A DNA stretch of 64,000 nucleotides from Octopus sinensis. Its lineage: Eukaryota. Under the pieces are notes generated by a model that worked only from the letters and a program-made list of their open reading frames with translations, had not been told where the DNA came from and did no database searches. The DNA lies in the NCBI RefSeq assembly GCF_006345805.1, contig NC_043003.1, positions 29,822,001 to 29,886,000 of the forward strand, in the 5' to 3' direction. Within the stretch, counting starts at the first letter, position 1. The number at the start of each line of letters is the position of its first letter. The translations under genes and the position numbers were made by a program. Below, piece by piece: positions 63,235 to 64,000 of this stretch.

Positions 63235-63292
<58 letters not shown>

Positions 63293-64000
63293 TCATACAC
63301 ATATTTTGTGAAGGGATAGAATATAATATTCAAACAGAAAAAAATGTGTGACTGTATGTACTCATTCATGCACATACTTGATAAATAGTACATTGAATGC
63401 CTTCCCACCACCAAAAAAAAGGAAACAATCATTATTCACAAATGGTTATCATCTGGTAGCATGCACCATGTTTTTGCTAACTATTTTTGGTATATATATA
63501 GTCACCAGCAAACACTGATATCCTTCTGGTAGATCTGCCTTTAACCCAGCAGAACATTCAAGATGTGACAGCTGGAGATAGGCTGAAGACTACACCAATT
63601 TCTGGCTAGTTGCCATTTGAGTTGACTGAAGCTATGGGAAATAAAGTATCCTGCTGAAGGACATAATACACTAACTAATTCAGGAACCGAACCCATGACC
63701 ATGAGCCCAGCATTTTATTCATTATGCCATTTGCCTTCACTGCTCCAGAAAATGTGATAAATTCATCATCATCATCATCATCATCATCGTTTAACGTCCG
63801 CTTTCCATGCTAGCATGGGTTGGACGGTTCAAATTGATTATACAATTATAAAAATGGCCTTTACTGTTACACTACACCCTAGTACACTTTACTGTTACAC
63901 TACATATTGTGGCCTTTACTGTTACACTGTAATCTCCTGTAGCCAAACTAATAAGAGTGGGGTTCAGACAGTACATCAGCCAAGGCCCTGAAAACCAAGG

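Overview
AT-rich, microsatellite-dense animal DNA. The SINE, RTE and Penelope repertoire suggests an octopod cephalopod (inference). Two host genes point away from each other. (i) The first coding exon of a SLAIN-motif gene lies on the minus strand (628-998), with an NRF1-type site upstream. (ii) Six consecutive exons of an SLC26 (prestin/pendrin-like) anion transporter lie on the plus strand (45449-62831), and that gene continues beyond the window. The rest is transposable-element debris: mariner, maT, Tc1, pogo and Merlin DNA transposons; R4/Dong, CRE, RTE, CR1 and L1/Tx1-type LINEs; Penelope-like elements (PLEs); and several tRNA-SINE families. The unexpected result is a dense set of type I hammerhead ribozyme (HHR) motifs, about 13 motifs in roughly 6 unrelated repeat families, found by reading the sequence. 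The best case is a young, non-coding, retrozyme-like element at 22151-23214. It has a 490-bp tandem unit plus a 225-bp inverted arm and carries three fully paired HHRs, predicted to release a 490-nt monomer. There is also a tRNA-headed SINE-like element with an HHR tail and an HHR with a ~100-nt extended stem II. Older HHRs on the SLC26 sense strand appear broken while most antisense copies keep the core. All structures were paired by eye; no folding, alignment or database search was run.
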